The notes beneath the pieces were generated by a model. It did not search any database. It had not been told where the DNA came from and worked only from the letters and a program-made list of their open reading frames with translations. This document shows, piece by piece, positions 44,999 through 54,637 of a stretch of DNA of 64,000 nucleotides (the first letter of the stretch is position 1; every line of letters begins with the position of its first letter). Source of the stretch: an uncultured Planctomycetota bacterium (GTDB taxonomy: Bacteria; Planctomycetota; PLA2; JAEUHO01); the NCBI GenBank assembly GCA_963752285.1, contig CAVVXN010000005.1:1216001-1280000 (forward strand), given 5' to 3'. The translations under genes were made by a program, and so were the position numbers.

Positions 44999-47900
44999 TC
45001 AGCGGCGCGGGGCCCGGGAGAGGTCGCTCGACCGGCTCGTGTACTCCACGGTGATCTCGCGGAGCCGCGGTGTCCGCTTCCAGGCGTTCTCGAAGATCAG
45101 GTCGCTCGGGTCCTCGCGCCCGGTCAGGAGGTCCTGCGGCCGGAAGGCCCCCGGTCGGTAGATGAAGTACACGCGAAGCTCCAGCGTGTCCGACTCCCGG
45201 GCCAACGGGTTCGCGGACTCCGGGTCGTCGAACACGTAGAGCGCGTTCGGGACCCCGGTCGAGCCGAGGCCCCCGACCGGCGCGGTGCGGACGCCCGAGC
45301 CCCGCAGGTCGATCAGCTGGTCGGAGTCCCAGGGGACCTGTGGGCTCAGGCGCGCCATCACGAGGAGGTCGAGCAGGCTGGCGGTGTCGCCGCCGCCACC
45401 GCGATGGCGCGAGGCCGGATCGTCGCCGGTCGCGGTGCTGGCCAGGTCCTCCTTCCACGTGACCCGGTGCCAGAAACACGATCGCACGCGCTCGCCGATC
45501 TCCAGGCGCGACCCCTCCGGATGATCGTGCACCCCCGAGAACGACTCCGCGTCCTGGGTCCGGCGACCCAGATACCGGTCCCAGTACCGGAACGGCTGGA
45601 AGAAGACGGGGTCGCCGTCGTCGTGGTCGATCACGTCGGTTCCGAACCGACCGCGCAGGAGGCCGCGGCCCCGGACCGCCTCGTCCTTGTCGAGCGCCTG
45701 CGGCAGGATCAGCGACTCGTCGCTGCGTCGCGTGTAGTGGATCAGCTCCTCGCTGCCACCGGACACGATCCGTACGAGCCCTTCGCGAGGCCACGACTCG
45801 TCGAGCTTCGCCGTGCCGATCGAGTTCGAGTCCCTCGTCACGTTCCCCTGCAGGTACGTCACGGGGACGTCGGTCACGAAGACCCCGTACCCGCCGTACG
45901 CGTGGGGACGAGGGAACGTGCCCATGACGCCGCGCTCGCAGTTCTCCAGCACCACGGTGTCGGGGTCTTCCTGTCGGACGCTCCGGTAGAGGATCTGCTC
46001 GCCGTCCAGGCTCACGAGGCCGCCCTCGGCGTGGTAGCCGGGGACCCCGTCGAGGCTCGCAGGCCTCGGGTAGACCCGGAGCTCGATGTCGCGCTCCGTC
46101 TCGTTCACGCCGTCCTTCTTCGCGACGAAGAGCCGCGGGGTCGCAAGGAGGCCGTGCCGGAACACGTGGAGCTCGTCGAGGAAGGCCGTCGCTACGCTGC
46201 TGTTCGCCACGGTGCTCTCGGCGAACTCCATCTGGGGCGCGAACTCGTCGGGCAGCTCGCCGCAGGGAAACCGGAGCAGGCGCGGGTGCCCGCGCGTCTC
46301 GAGCGCGAGCTGGTTCAGATCGAGGTCGGGTTGCGCCGCGACGCGGAACGGCGGGAAGTCGTCGAGGGCGACCCACCGCGACAGCGGGTCCGCCCAGCGG
46401 ATGCGGCCGCGGTACAGGCGCGGCTCCTTCGCGGCCCCGTCGGTGAGCGTCACGTAGTCGTTGCGGCCGGGCGGATGGCCGCCCCGGTCGATCTGCGTCC
46501 GTCCGGGGAGCTGGTCCTCCGTGGGCTGCCCCACGTAGGCGGGCCCCTCGTCCACGCGGAAGCACGGCAGGATGCGGGCCTCCGGCTGCCCGACCGAGGG
46601 GCTCTCGTGGCGCCGGTCGTCGGTGCCGCGAACGCCGCGGAACAGCTGGTGGACCGCGCCGTGGACCGCGCCCCACGCGGGCCACGGGTAGTCGGAGTCG
46701 CTCGCGGCGCGCGCGCCGCTCTCGGCGGGCTCGTACGTCCCCGGGTGGTTGACGGGCAGGAGCGGCTCGAGCGGGTAGCCGCCGCCGTCTGGCGTCTCCG
46801 AGTCCCCGCCGCCGGAGCCGTCCGGCGCCGGGTCGTCGTCGGGAACGTCCGACTTCTCGCCCGGCGGGGGCACGTCCGAGTCGCCGCCCTTCGTGGTGGC
46901 GCTCTCCGAACCCGACTGGGCGTCCTGCTGCACGACGACCTGGACGACGCCGCTCGTCGTGCCCGTGAAGGCGCGCGGGAAGAAGATGCTGCCGATGGCG
47001 TACACGAGGTAGTCGGGGGCCACGAAGTAGATCTGGCCGACGGTGCTCGACTTGCGGTCCACCTCTCCGTAGCGGACCACCTCGACCGGGTCCGTGTCCG
47101 TCGGCAGACCGACCGCCACCAGCGCCTCGTCGCCGCCCTCGTCGGTCCCGAGCTCGAACTGTCCGTTCTCGTTCCAGTCCCGTCCGTAGCGGCCGAGGAT
47201 GCCCAGCGCCGTGGCATCGGTGGGATCGAGATAGTCGTCCCCGCCCCCGCCGCCCTGGGCGGGCACGGAGATGGGAACGATGTACGCGTTCAGGTACAGC
47301 TCCGCCGCGGAGGGCGGTCCCCCGCCGTTTCCCTGCGTCGTGGCGCGCGCCCACGTGGTCAAGAAGTAGTTCTGCGTGGGCGCCCACGAGCCGCGCTCGA
47401 GGCTTCGGCGGGCGATGTGGATCGTGTCCGAGCTGCTCGCGTCGCGCGTGTAGTACACGAACTCCCAGCCGCCGATCGTGAAGCCGTCCGCGGACGTGAT
47501 GTTCGGCCCCAGGATCGCCTCGCTGCCCATCAGGGCGATGCCGCTGGTCCCGAACGCGTCGCCCGCCTGCGTCGCGTCCTCGCCCCAGAGGGGCAGGACC
47601 TTGGCGTCGAAGGTGGTCTGGTTCGGGCTGACTCCCTCGAACTGGTAGCTCGTCTTCCCGGCGACGTAGGTGGTCGTGTCGTCCTGGTTCGAGACGCGGA
47701 GGGCGCTCCACCGCCCCAGCGTCACGGGCAGGCTCGCGCCGCCCTGCATGACGTCCGTCAGGAGCGCGGCGGAGTAGCCGAGCTGCCGCACCGCCGTCCC
47801 GGTCGGCCAGGCCCGCCCCGTCCCGCGCGCCTTCCCGACGTCGTTCGTGCCGCGCGCCCCGCGGTAGCAGTCGCGGAAGGCGTCGGAGGTGAGCGTGTTG

Positions 47901-50461
47901 TACTCGACGACCTCGTCGCCGATGACGATCGCGCCGTACGGCGCGAACCCGTCCGTGCTCTCGACCTGGATCTCGTCCTGGTCCTCCGTGACGCTGGCCG
48001 TCAGGTACGAGAAGGTCCGCCGCTGACCGACGGACACCCCGTCCACCCACATCTCCATCTGGGACGGGTCCTCGCCCCGCGCCTCGACCTGGATGTGGTA
48101 CCAGTTGCCCGCCCGGTAGCCGAGACGCTCCAGCGGGACGAAGACCTCCGCGCCCCGGCCCTCCTGGGTGTCGGCGCATACGCGGAAGACGAGCTCCCGG
48201 CCCTTCTCGCCGTCCGTCACGAAGATCGCGTACCGGTCGCGGAACTTGTCCACCGCGCAGTCGAACGCCGTCCAGTCGGCGTCCGACCAGCACTGCCACC
48301 AGAAGGAAAGGCTGAACGGCTGGACGAAGCGATCCTCCTTGCCCGCGAAGATGCCGTTCGTGCCCTTCACGTACGCGCCGTAGTAGTCGGTGCGCCAGCC
48401 CTCGGTGAACAGGCTCGAGTCGAAGTTGTTGTCGTACGCTCGGATCGTGTTCCCCGGCATGCGGATCCGCGCGGGCTCGAGCCGCACGTCCCCGTACTCC
48501 TTTCCCTCGTCGCTCCGCTTGGACGACGGATACGCGCCGTACAGGATCGCCTGGTAGTCGCGCAGCGCGGGCTGGACGTTCGCCGTGGCCTCGTTGCGGA
48601 AGTTCACCCCCCGGGGGTACGACGCGACCCACTTCGCGCCGGATCCCTGCGTGAGCCGGCGCTCGAAGTCGTCCTGCGAATCGAGCGTCCAGGCGCTCTT
48701 GCCGTCCGAGCCGATCTCGACGACCTCGCGGATGGTCGCGCTCGCCTCGTGCTCGCCGCCCCGGTTGTTGACCGTCACGCGCGCCTCGAGGTGGTAGACG
48801 TCGAGGGTCTTGAAGCAGAACGGCGCGGTGCCGAAGGCGAGCCGGCTGCTGTGCGGGTTCACCGCGTTCGTGTAGATGGCCGCCCGGTGCGCCCGCTTGA
48901 TCACCTCCTGGTCCTCGAGCCGCGAGAGCCAGGTCCCCAAGTCCTCCACGCCCCGGAAGGGGCCGCGGGTGCGTTCGTGCGTCGTCTCGTCGAGGACGAC
49001 CTGGCCCTTGCGCTCCTCGACGATCCGTCCCGCGAGGTCCCACGCCAGCGGCGGCGTCACGATGTTGTCGGGCGTGTCGGCGTTCAAGTAGTGCAGGTTC
49101 GCCATGCACGCGTACAGGACCTCGCGCGACGCCGTGTTGATGTCGATCGGGTACGGCGCCCACGCCGAGATGACGGTCTCGCCGCCCGCGAGCTTCACGG
49201 GCGCCGCGCCGCCCGAGAGGGACGAGCCCCCCTCCTCGGTCCCGCGCGCCGACTCGACGCTGTTCGCGAGCATCAACGAGCGGTCGAGCTGGGCGCCCTC
49301 CGCGTCTCCCACCCGCTCGACGACCGAGTAGAGCGTGGTGAGCCCGTCCGAGAGCCGGACGATCGTGCCCGGGTTCAGGTAGGAGGTCGTGCCCGTCGGG
49401 TTCTGCTGGTCCTTCAGGTCCACCTGGTCGGGCTCGGTCGCCTGCGCGCCCGACGGGAGCTCGTTCGCCACGACCTGCGGCGCGAGCCAGCCCTCGCCCG
49501 TCTCCCGCCGGCTCCAGACGGTCAGGAAGCGCGAGACCTGGTCGAGCCGCGCGCGGTCCAGGGCGCCGCCCGCGCCCCAGCCGGCGATGGACCGCAGGTC
49601 CTCGAGGTTCTGGAACCACGTCAGATCCCCGGGCCGAGCGGCGATCAGGTGCGTCGCGAGCTTCCACGCCGAGTAGTCGATCACCGGCGTGTTCTGCTTG
49701 TGCGAGTCCGCCGACCCGTTGTCGCCGATGGGCGTCTGCTGCAGCGCCCCCCGTTCGCATCCCTTGAAGCTCGAGCCGTCGAACGAGGTGTAGCGGATGA
49801 CCTCGCCGTCGATGCGGATCCAGCCGCCGTCGCGCGGGAACCCCACGAGCGAGGGCGCGACGTCGCTGACCACGTCCGTCACGGTGATGTCGGACGCCGA
49901 GCCGTCGATGTCCTCGGCGAGGAGCGCGCCGCCGAGCAGGTTGCCGAGGAGGTACGGCGACGCGCCGGTCACGTTCACGCGGGCGTTCGCGTCCTCGACC
50001 AGGCCCGTCCAGATGCTGCCGGTGTCGTCGTTCGTGGGCCCGAGCCCGCGCGCGTCGAGCGCCTGCACGTGCGAGAGCTCCTGCGTGTCGTACGAGAGCC
50101 CGCGTCGCCACAGCTCGTCGAAGCGGTGCCGGAAGTCCGGCCCGAGGGTGATCTCGTCCAGGGCGTCCACGGACGGGTCCGACTCCACGCCCCGTTCGCC
50201 GGCGTCCCACCGGATCTGCTCCTGGGAGGGATGCGTGGTCCCGAGCGCCTGCTTCATGGCCTCGAGGAGCACGTTCGCCTCGAAGTACGCGCGGTCCCGG
50301 GCGCCCTCGCTCGTCGTGCGCTTGTGCCCCTGGAGCATCGAGAGCGCGAAGGGGACCGCGACGAGGACCAGCGTCACGAGCACCGTGATCACCATGAGCA
50401 TCGCGATGCCGCGCTCGTGCGCGCGAGAAGGGGTGCGGTGGCCGGCTCGCCGATCGATCAT
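44999..50461 (-). CDS. Giant (~1820 aa) GspK/PilX-like pseudopilin with LamG-like domain and internal beta-repeats
   Basis: N-terminus ERG|IAMLMVITVLVTLVLVAVPFA (class III signal-like, no Glu+5); GspK-like EDANARVNV, FQNLEDL, PIDINTASREVL, GPFRGVEDL; LamG-like FSLSFWW...GNWYHI...MWVDGV. Confidence 0.7.
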   Translation of the reverse strand: MIDRRAGHRTPSRAHERGIAMLMVITVLVTLVLVAVPFALSMLQGHKRTTSEGARDRAYFEANVLLEAMKQALGTTHPSQEQIRWDAGERGVESDPSVDALDEITLGPDFRHRFDELWRRGLSYDTQELSHVQALDARGLGPTNDDTGSIWTGLVEDANARVNVTGASPYLLGNLLGGALLAEDIDGSASDITVTDVVSDVAPSLVGFPRDGGWIRIDGEVIRYTSFDGSSFKGCERGALQQTPIGDNGSADSHKQNTPVIDYSAWKLATHLIAARPGDLTWFQNLEDLRSIAGWGAGGALDRARLDQVSRFLTVWSRRETGEGWLAPQVVANELPSGAQATEPDQVDLKDQQNPTGTTSYLNPGTIVRLSDGLTTLYSVVERVGDAEGAQLDRSLMLANSVESARGTEEGGSSLSGGAAPVKLAGGETVISAWAPYPIDINTASREVLYACMANLHYLNADTPDNIVTPPLAWDLAGRIVEERKGQVVLDETTHERTRGPFRGVEDLGTWLSRLEDQEVIKRAHRAAIYTNAVNPHSSRLAFGTAPFCFKTLDVYHLEARVTVNNRGGEHEASATIREVVEIGSDGKSAWTLDSQDDFERRLTQGSGAKWVASYPRGVNFRNEATANVQPALRDYQAILYGAYPSSKRSDEGKEYGDVRLEPARIRMPGNTIRAYDNNFDSSLFTEGWRTDYYGAYVKGTNGIFAGKEDRFVQPFSLSFWWQCWSDADWTAFDCAVDKFRDRYAIFVTDGEKGRELVFRVCADTQEGRGAEVFVPLERLGYRAGNWYHIQVEARGEDPSQMEMWVDGVSVGQRRTFSYLTASVTEDQDEIQVESTDGFAPYGAIVIGDEVVEYNTLTSDAFRDCYRGARGTNDVGKARGTGRAWPTGTAVRQLGYSAALLTDVMQGGASLPVTLGRWSALRVSNQDDTTTYVAGKTSYQFEGVSPNQTTFDAKVLPLWGEDATQAGDAFGTSGIALMGSEAILGPNITSADGFTIGGWEFVYYTRDASSSDTIHIARRSLERGSWAPTQNYFLTTWARATTQGNGGGPPSAAELYLNAYIVPISVPAQGGGGGDDYLDPTDATALGILGRYGRDWNENGQFELGTDEGGDEALVAVGLPTDTDPVEVVRYGEVDRKSSTVGQIYFVAPDYLVYAIGSIFFPRAFTGTTSGVVQVVVQQDAQSGSESATTKGGDSDVPPPGEKSDVPDDDPAPDGSGGGDSETPDGGGYPLEPLLPVNHPGTYEPAESGARAASDSDYPWPAWGAVHGAVHQLFRGVRGTDDRRHESPSVGQPEARILPCFRVDEGPAYVGQPTEDQLPGRTQIDRGGHPPGRNDYVTLTDGAAKEPRLYRGRIRWADPLSRWVALDDFPPFRVAAQPDLDLNQLALETRGHPRLLRFPCGELPDEFAPQMEFAESTVANSSVATAFLDELHVFRHGLLATPRLFVAKKDGVNETERDIELRVYPRPASLDGVPGYHAEGGLVSLDGEQILYRSVRQEDPDTVVLENCERGVMGTFPRPHAYGGYGVFVTDVPVTYLQGNVTRDSNSIGTAKLDESWPREGLVRIVSGGSEELIHYTRRSDESLILPQALDKDEAVRGRGLLRGRFGTDVIDHDDGDPVFFQPFRYWDRYLGRRTQDAESFSGVHDHPEGSRLEIGERVRSCFWHRVTWKEDLASTATGDDPASRHRGGGGDTASLLDLLVMARLSPQVPWDSDQLIDLRGSGVRTAPVGGLGSTGVPNALYVFDDPESANPLARESDTLELRVYFIYRPGAFRPQDLLTGREDPSDLIFENAWKRTPRLREITVEYTSRSSDLSRAPRR

Positions 50462-50462
50462 C

Positions 50463-51809
50463 TCACTTCTCCTCCCGCGGCCCGAAGGTCGCGATCGAGA
50501 ACCCGACGCCACGGAGCGTCGCCGCCCCCCAAACGTCCTCCGGCCAGCGGAGCTCGAGCTCGAGTTCTGCACGGGGCCCGGACCCCGGCTCCGCGAGGTC
50601 CACGACGACCTCCCGTCCGCTCCCGTCTTCCACGCGCGCGCGACCCCGCACGCGTCCGTCCTGGCAAATCGCGAGCTCAAGACCGGGGGGACCCACGACC
50701 CCCACGCTCACGGCCGACGCGTCCACGACGAGACCCGCGGGACGCCATGCCACCCGCGCGGTCCGGGACGGCCCGGGCCCCGGCTCGAGACGCAGCGACG
50801 CGCCGTGGCGGTGCGCGCGTCCCTCGGTCACGCGCCAGCGACGCGCCGAGACCCAGGCGAGCTCGCCCGGGGGACCGCCGCCGAGCGTGACCCGCGAGAG
50901 CGGGGCGAGGCCCGGCGGCTCGGGGGTCTCCCCGCCCGCCGGCACGTCGCCGCCGATCGCGCGGTCGCCCGCGCCGGCCCACCGGACCTCCGGCCCGACG
51001 TCCGGCAGGAACGTCGCCTCGGCCCGCGCGGAGAGCCGGACCGCCGCCCGCCGCCCGTCCGGACCCGCGATCCCGACCCCCGCCTCGCCCCGCTCGAGGA
51101 GGAGGTCCCCCGCGCCGGCGACGCGAACCTCCAAGGGCACCGACCCCGCGGAGAGCCAGGCGTGCGGCCCCTCGAGCACGAGCCGGAGCGAGGAACCGCC
51201 GCGCTCGACCCGAAGGCCGTCGGACGGACCGAGGAGCACGGTCCCGCCTCCCTCGAGGCGGAGCACCGTCTCGGTACCCGCCGCGCTCCGGACGCGCGTC
51301 CCGGCGGCGAGGCGCGCGTCGCGCGTGCTCTCGACCCGGCCTGCGCCCGCGTCGATCCGCTCGAGCGCGTCGAGGCGGAGCCCCGCGCGCGCCTCGGAGC
51401 CCGAGAGGAAGATCCACCCCGCCCCCAGCAGCAGGACGACGCTCGCGGCGAGCGCGAGCCGGCGCCGGGCCGGCGTGGACCGGACCGCGGCGGCCACCGG
51501 AGCCTCGCGCCGGTCGATTCGCGGAGCCGGGGGCTCGGGAACCGCCCGCGGCGGTGACCCGAGCGCCTCGTGCGCGCGCCACGCCGCGAGGGCGGCGGCG
51601 TGCACGGCGGGCGGGAGCGGGACCGGCTCGGCGTGCGCCTCGGCGTCGAGGACCTCGGCGAGCGCCCGGCGGAGCTCCGGGTCGTCGAGCGCCGTCGGAT
51701 CGAGCAGCCGCTCCGGGCCACCCGAGACCGGGTCCGGGAGCGCCGGATCGGGCGACCGGGGATCCGGGTGGTGCCGAGGCTCGGGGGGGCGGCCGGGGAA
51801 GGGGGACAT
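50463..51809 (-). CDS. Putative FecR-like membrane anti-sigma factor
   Basis: Single TM (LALAASVVLLLGAGWIF) then beta-rich VLRLEGGGTVLLGPSDGLRV...LVLEG; follows an ECF sigma gene. Confidence 0.55.
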   Translation of the reverse strand: MSPFPGRPPEPRHHPDPRSPDPALPDPVSGGPERLLDPTALDDPELRRALAEVLDAEAHAEPVPLPPAVHAAALAAWRAHEALGSPPRAVPEPPAPRIDRREAPVAAAVRSTPARRRLALAASVVLLLGAGWIFLSGSEARAGLRLDALERIDAGAGRVESTRDARLAAGTRVRSAAGTETVLRLEGGGTVLLGPSDGLRVERGGSSLRLVLEGPHAWLSAGSVPLEVRVAGAGDLLLERGEAGVGIAGPDGRRAAVRLSARAEATFLPDVGPEVRWAGAGDRAIGGDVPAGGETPEPPGLAPLSRVTLGGGPPGELAWVSARRWRVTEGRAHRHGASLRLEPGPGPSRTARVAWRPAGLVVDASAVSVGVVGPPGLELAICQDGRVRGRARVEDGSGREVVVDLAEPGSGPRAELELELRWPEDVWGAATLRGVGFSIATFGPREEK

Positions 51810-51901
51810 GGCTCCGTCTCCGTGTAGCCCGCGGGCGGCCCGTTTCTGGCAGGACGAAGGGCCCGGGAGGACGGGGGGGCCCGCGGCGCGTCCGCGACCC
51901 T

Positions 51902-52483
51902 TCAGGAGCCCTCGAGCAGCTCGGCCAGGTCCGGAGCCACCTCGGCGAGCCGCCGACGCGCCCGGGAGAGGAGCGAGGGGACGCTCTCGGGCGCCACGTC
52001 GAACGCCACCGCGAGCGACGCCGTGTCGAGGCCCTCGAGGTAGCGGAGCGAGAGCACGTGGCGGTCCCGGGGCTCGAGCCGGAGGAGCGCCGCCTCGATC
52101 GACGACCGGACCTCGGGGTCCGGCCCGGCACGCGTCGCGGGATCGTCCGGGTCGCCCGAAAGCCTCCGCTCGGGCCTCGCGCGGCGCAGCCGGCGCCCCA
52201 CGGCGGTCCGGCAGATCACCCCGATCCAGGTGCCGAACCGCCACGCGGGGTCGTAGCGACGGAGCAGCCGGCGGTCGTCCCGGAGGAGCGAGAGGAAGAC
52301 CTCGGCGACGACCTCGTCCACGTCGGCGGCGTCGCCGCGTCCGGTCCTCCGCTCGAGCATGCGGCGGACGAGTCCGTGGATCCACGGCCCGTGGCGATCG
52401 ACGAAGCACGCCCACGCCTCGGCGTCGCCCGCCACGAGCCGCCGGACGAGGTCCGCGTCGGACGGTGTCCCTTCGTCAGTCAC
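51902..52483 (-). CDS. ECF sigma-70 factor
   Basis: SDADLVRR..GDAEAW, DEVVAEVFLSL, FGTWI, LEPRDRHVLSLRYLEG, SLLSRARRRL. Confidence 0.9.
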   Translation of the reverse strand: MTDEGTPSDADLVRRLVAGDAEAWACFVDRHGPWIHGLVRRMLERRTGRGDAADVDEVVAEVFLSLLRDDRRLLRRYDPAWRFGTWIGVICRTAVGRRLRRARPERRLSGDPDDPATRAGPDPEVRSSIEAALLRLEPRDRHVLSLRYLEGLDTASLAVAFDVAPESVPSLLSRARRRLAEVAPDLAELLEGS

Positions 52484-53771
52484 CTTCCGTCACGACGGGC
52501 GCCGGGAGCGGCGGCGCCGGCCGGGTGGCGCGCGCGAGGAAGAGCAGGGCCCAGGCCGTGTCCACGAGGTCGCTCGCCTCGTAGTCGGACTGTCCGAGCA
52601 TGCCCGTGGACCAGTGCCCGTCGGCGGCCTGCTTCCCCACGAGGTGCGTCGCGCCCTCGACGTACCAGTCGTGCCGCCCGATCAGGTCGCGGCCGCCGAG
52701 CACGGCGGCGCGTTCGAGCCCGTAGAGGAAGTAGTAGTGCCAGTTCGCCGCGGACGCGCCGGGGTTGCGCTCGACCGTCCAGTTCTTGTCGAGCCACGCG
52801 AACCCGTCCTGGGCCGCGCGCTGCACGGCGTGCTCGATCTGCGTGGTGTAGCCGTCCCAGCGCTTGGGCCGGAGCAGCGCGTCGTTCGCGATCGCGAGGA
52901 GCCCGATCCCGGAGGTCGTCATGCTGCCCGACGGCACGTACGGCTCCATCAGGTAGGACCAGCCTCGTGCGCGGTCGCCCGAGTCGATCGCGTAGGGGCT
53001 CGCGCCCGGATCGGGGCTCGGGAGGATGCGCATCACCTTCGGGCCTTCCTTCTCCTGGCGTTCGAGCGCGGTCTGGATGCCTCGCAGGAAGACGGCAGCG
53101 GGCACGTGCGCCCCGCAGTCGCGCGCGGCGCGGAGACCGAGGTACGCGTACTGCGAGTTCGACATGTCGTCGCGGTACGCCGGGTATCCCCACGTGGACG
53201 TCTCGGGCTTCCGCAGCCGAACGAGCCAGTCCGCGAGCTCCTGCACCCAGGTCTGGACCTCGGGCGGCAGGTTGCACGGGTTGTGCGCCTTGTGACCGGG
53301 CCGCGTCGTGCCCGGCCCCGCGTGCTTGTCGTCCTCCTCCCCCTGCCAGTACCGGGTGATGAACATCAGGAGGACGCCGGTGTCGTACGTGGCGCGGCTC
53401 CCCGCCGGGCCGAGCAACGCGTCCCGCGTCTTCACGTACTCGTAGACCTTGTCCACGGACGCGTCGCCGCGCCGGTCGCCCGAGGCGAGCAGGGCGAGGC
53501 CCATCAGCGCCGTCACGCCCACCTCGTGCGTCATCTCGCCGCGCGCGTGGAGCCCGCCGAAGGCCCCGTTGTCCTTCTCGACCGACCGCAGCCACGCCGC
53601 CCCGCGCGAGATCGCCTCGTTGATCCGCTTCTGGAGCTCGGCGTCCGGCACGCCGGGACGGGCGACGGCGGGCTTCGCCTTCCCCTTCGGCTTCTCGTCC
53701 CCGGAGGCGCCCCCCGTGGCCACACCGACGACCACGAGACAGAGGACCCAGAACGGGAGGAGTCGGCGCAT
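52476..53771 (-). CDS. Secreted prenyltransferase/squalene-cyclase-type (alpha/alpha barrel) repeat protein
   Basis: INEAISRGAAWL, TALMGLALL, DMSNSQYAYLGL, SGSMTTSG, YYFLYGLER, DWYVEGA..LVGKQAADGHW, TAWALLFL. Confidence 0.75.
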   Translation of the reverse strand: MRRLLPFWVLCLVVVGVATGGASGDEKPKGKAKPAVARPGVPDAELQKRINEAISRGAAWLRSVEKDNGAFGGLHARGEMTHEVGVTALMGLALLASGDRRGDASVDKVYEYVKTRDALLGPAGSRATYDTGVLLMFITRYWQGEEDDKHAGPGTTRPGHKAHNPCNLPPEVQTWVQELADWLVRLRKPETSTWGYPAYRDDMSNSQYAYLGLRAARDCGAHVPAAVFLRGIQTALERQEKEGPKVMRILPSPDPGASPYAIDSGDRARGWSYLMEPYVPSGSMTTSGIGLLAIANDALLRPKRWDGYTTQIEHAVQRAAQDGFAWLDKNWTVERNPGASAANWHYYFLYGLERAAVLGGRDLIGRHDWYVEGATHLVGKQAADGHWSTGMLGQSDYEASDLVDTAWALLFLARATRPAPPLPAPVVTEGD

Positions 53772-53947
53772 GGGGCTCCCGGACGAGACGGGACCGTGAC
53801 GCCCGGGCGCGGGCCGCTCGGCCCCCGGGCTCGGACCGCCGGCGATCATACCCCGCTCGACTCGCGCCCCGGCCAACACCCGTCGCCCGGCGGGCGTACG
53901 CATCCAGGAGCCCGATCCTCTCCGCCGGCGGCTACAGTGGCCCCGGC

Positions 53948-54637
53948 ATGACCGGTTCGCCCCCCACGTCTCCGAGGGACCGCATGGCGACGTCCGTCAC
54001 GACCGGTGCGATGGTCACGCCCTGGAACGCCGCGGCCGTCCGTCGCGCCCGGCAGGCCCAGGACGACGCGCGCGCTCGCCGCCGCGCCGAGGACGCCGGC
54101 CTCGCCGAACGCGCGCGGGGCGGCGACCCCGAGGCCTTCCGCGAGCTCGTGGAGCGCTACCAGCGCAAGGTGTACTGGGTCGCGTACGACATCCTCCTCG
54201 ACACCGAGGAGGCGCGGGACGTGACCCAGGAGACGTTCATCCGCGTGCACGCGGCGCTCGACTCGTTCGACACCCGGCGCGACTTCCTCAACTGGGTGTA
54301 CCGCATCGCGAGGAACCTCGCGATCGACGCGTTCCGGCGCCGGCACCGCCGCGCGGCCCCCGTCGAAGACCTCGAGGCCGTGGCCGACGTGCGGGCGACG
54401 TCGGGCGTGGAGGACGCGGAGCTCCGCAAACGCGTCGCCGAGGCGCTCGAGGACCTTCCCGTCGAGTACCGCCTCGCCCTCACCCTGCGCGAGTTCCACG
54501 GGATGTCGCCCCGCGAGATCGCCGCCCTGACGGACTGCACCTACCCCACCGCGCGCTGGCGGCTCCATCGGGCTCGCGCCCTCTTCCGCAAGGCCTGGGA
54601 ACGACGATTCGGCCCCATGGCCGGACAGGACTCCTGA
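53948..54637 (+). CDS. ECF sigma-70 factor (RpoE/SigW-like)
   Basis: GDPEAFRELVERYQ, ARDVTQETF, WVYRIARNLAID, LPVEYRLALTLREFHGMS..EIA, RLHRAR; start may be ATG 53983. Confidence 0.92.
   Translation: MTGSPPTSPRDRMATSVTTGAMVTPWNAAAVRRARQAQDDARARRRAEDAGLAERARGGDPEAFRELVERYQRKVYWVAYDILLDTEEARDVTQETFIRVHAALDSFDTRRDFLNWVYRIARNLAIDAFRRRHRRAAPVEDLEAVADVRATSGVEDAELRKRVAEALEDLPVEYRLALTLREFHGMSPREIAALTDCTYPTARWRLHRARALFRKAWERRFGPMAGQDS

Noticed and set aside
45600..49900. Prophage, suggested by phage-tail-like repeats
   Set aside because: No integrase, terminase, portal or capsid genes; the repeats lie inside a pilin-like cellular protein.
44189..50890. 2233-aa plus-strand ORF and 2001-aa alternative-frame ORF (44205..50210 -)
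   Set aside because: Shadow ORFs of efp and the giant pseudopilin. They are Arg/Ala/Gly-rich with no motifs, as expected from stop-codon scarcity at high GC.
52476..53771. Squalene-hopene cyclase or terpene biosynthesis gene
   Set aside because: Too short, has a signal peptide and lacks the DxDD catalytic motif; only the repeat fold is supported.
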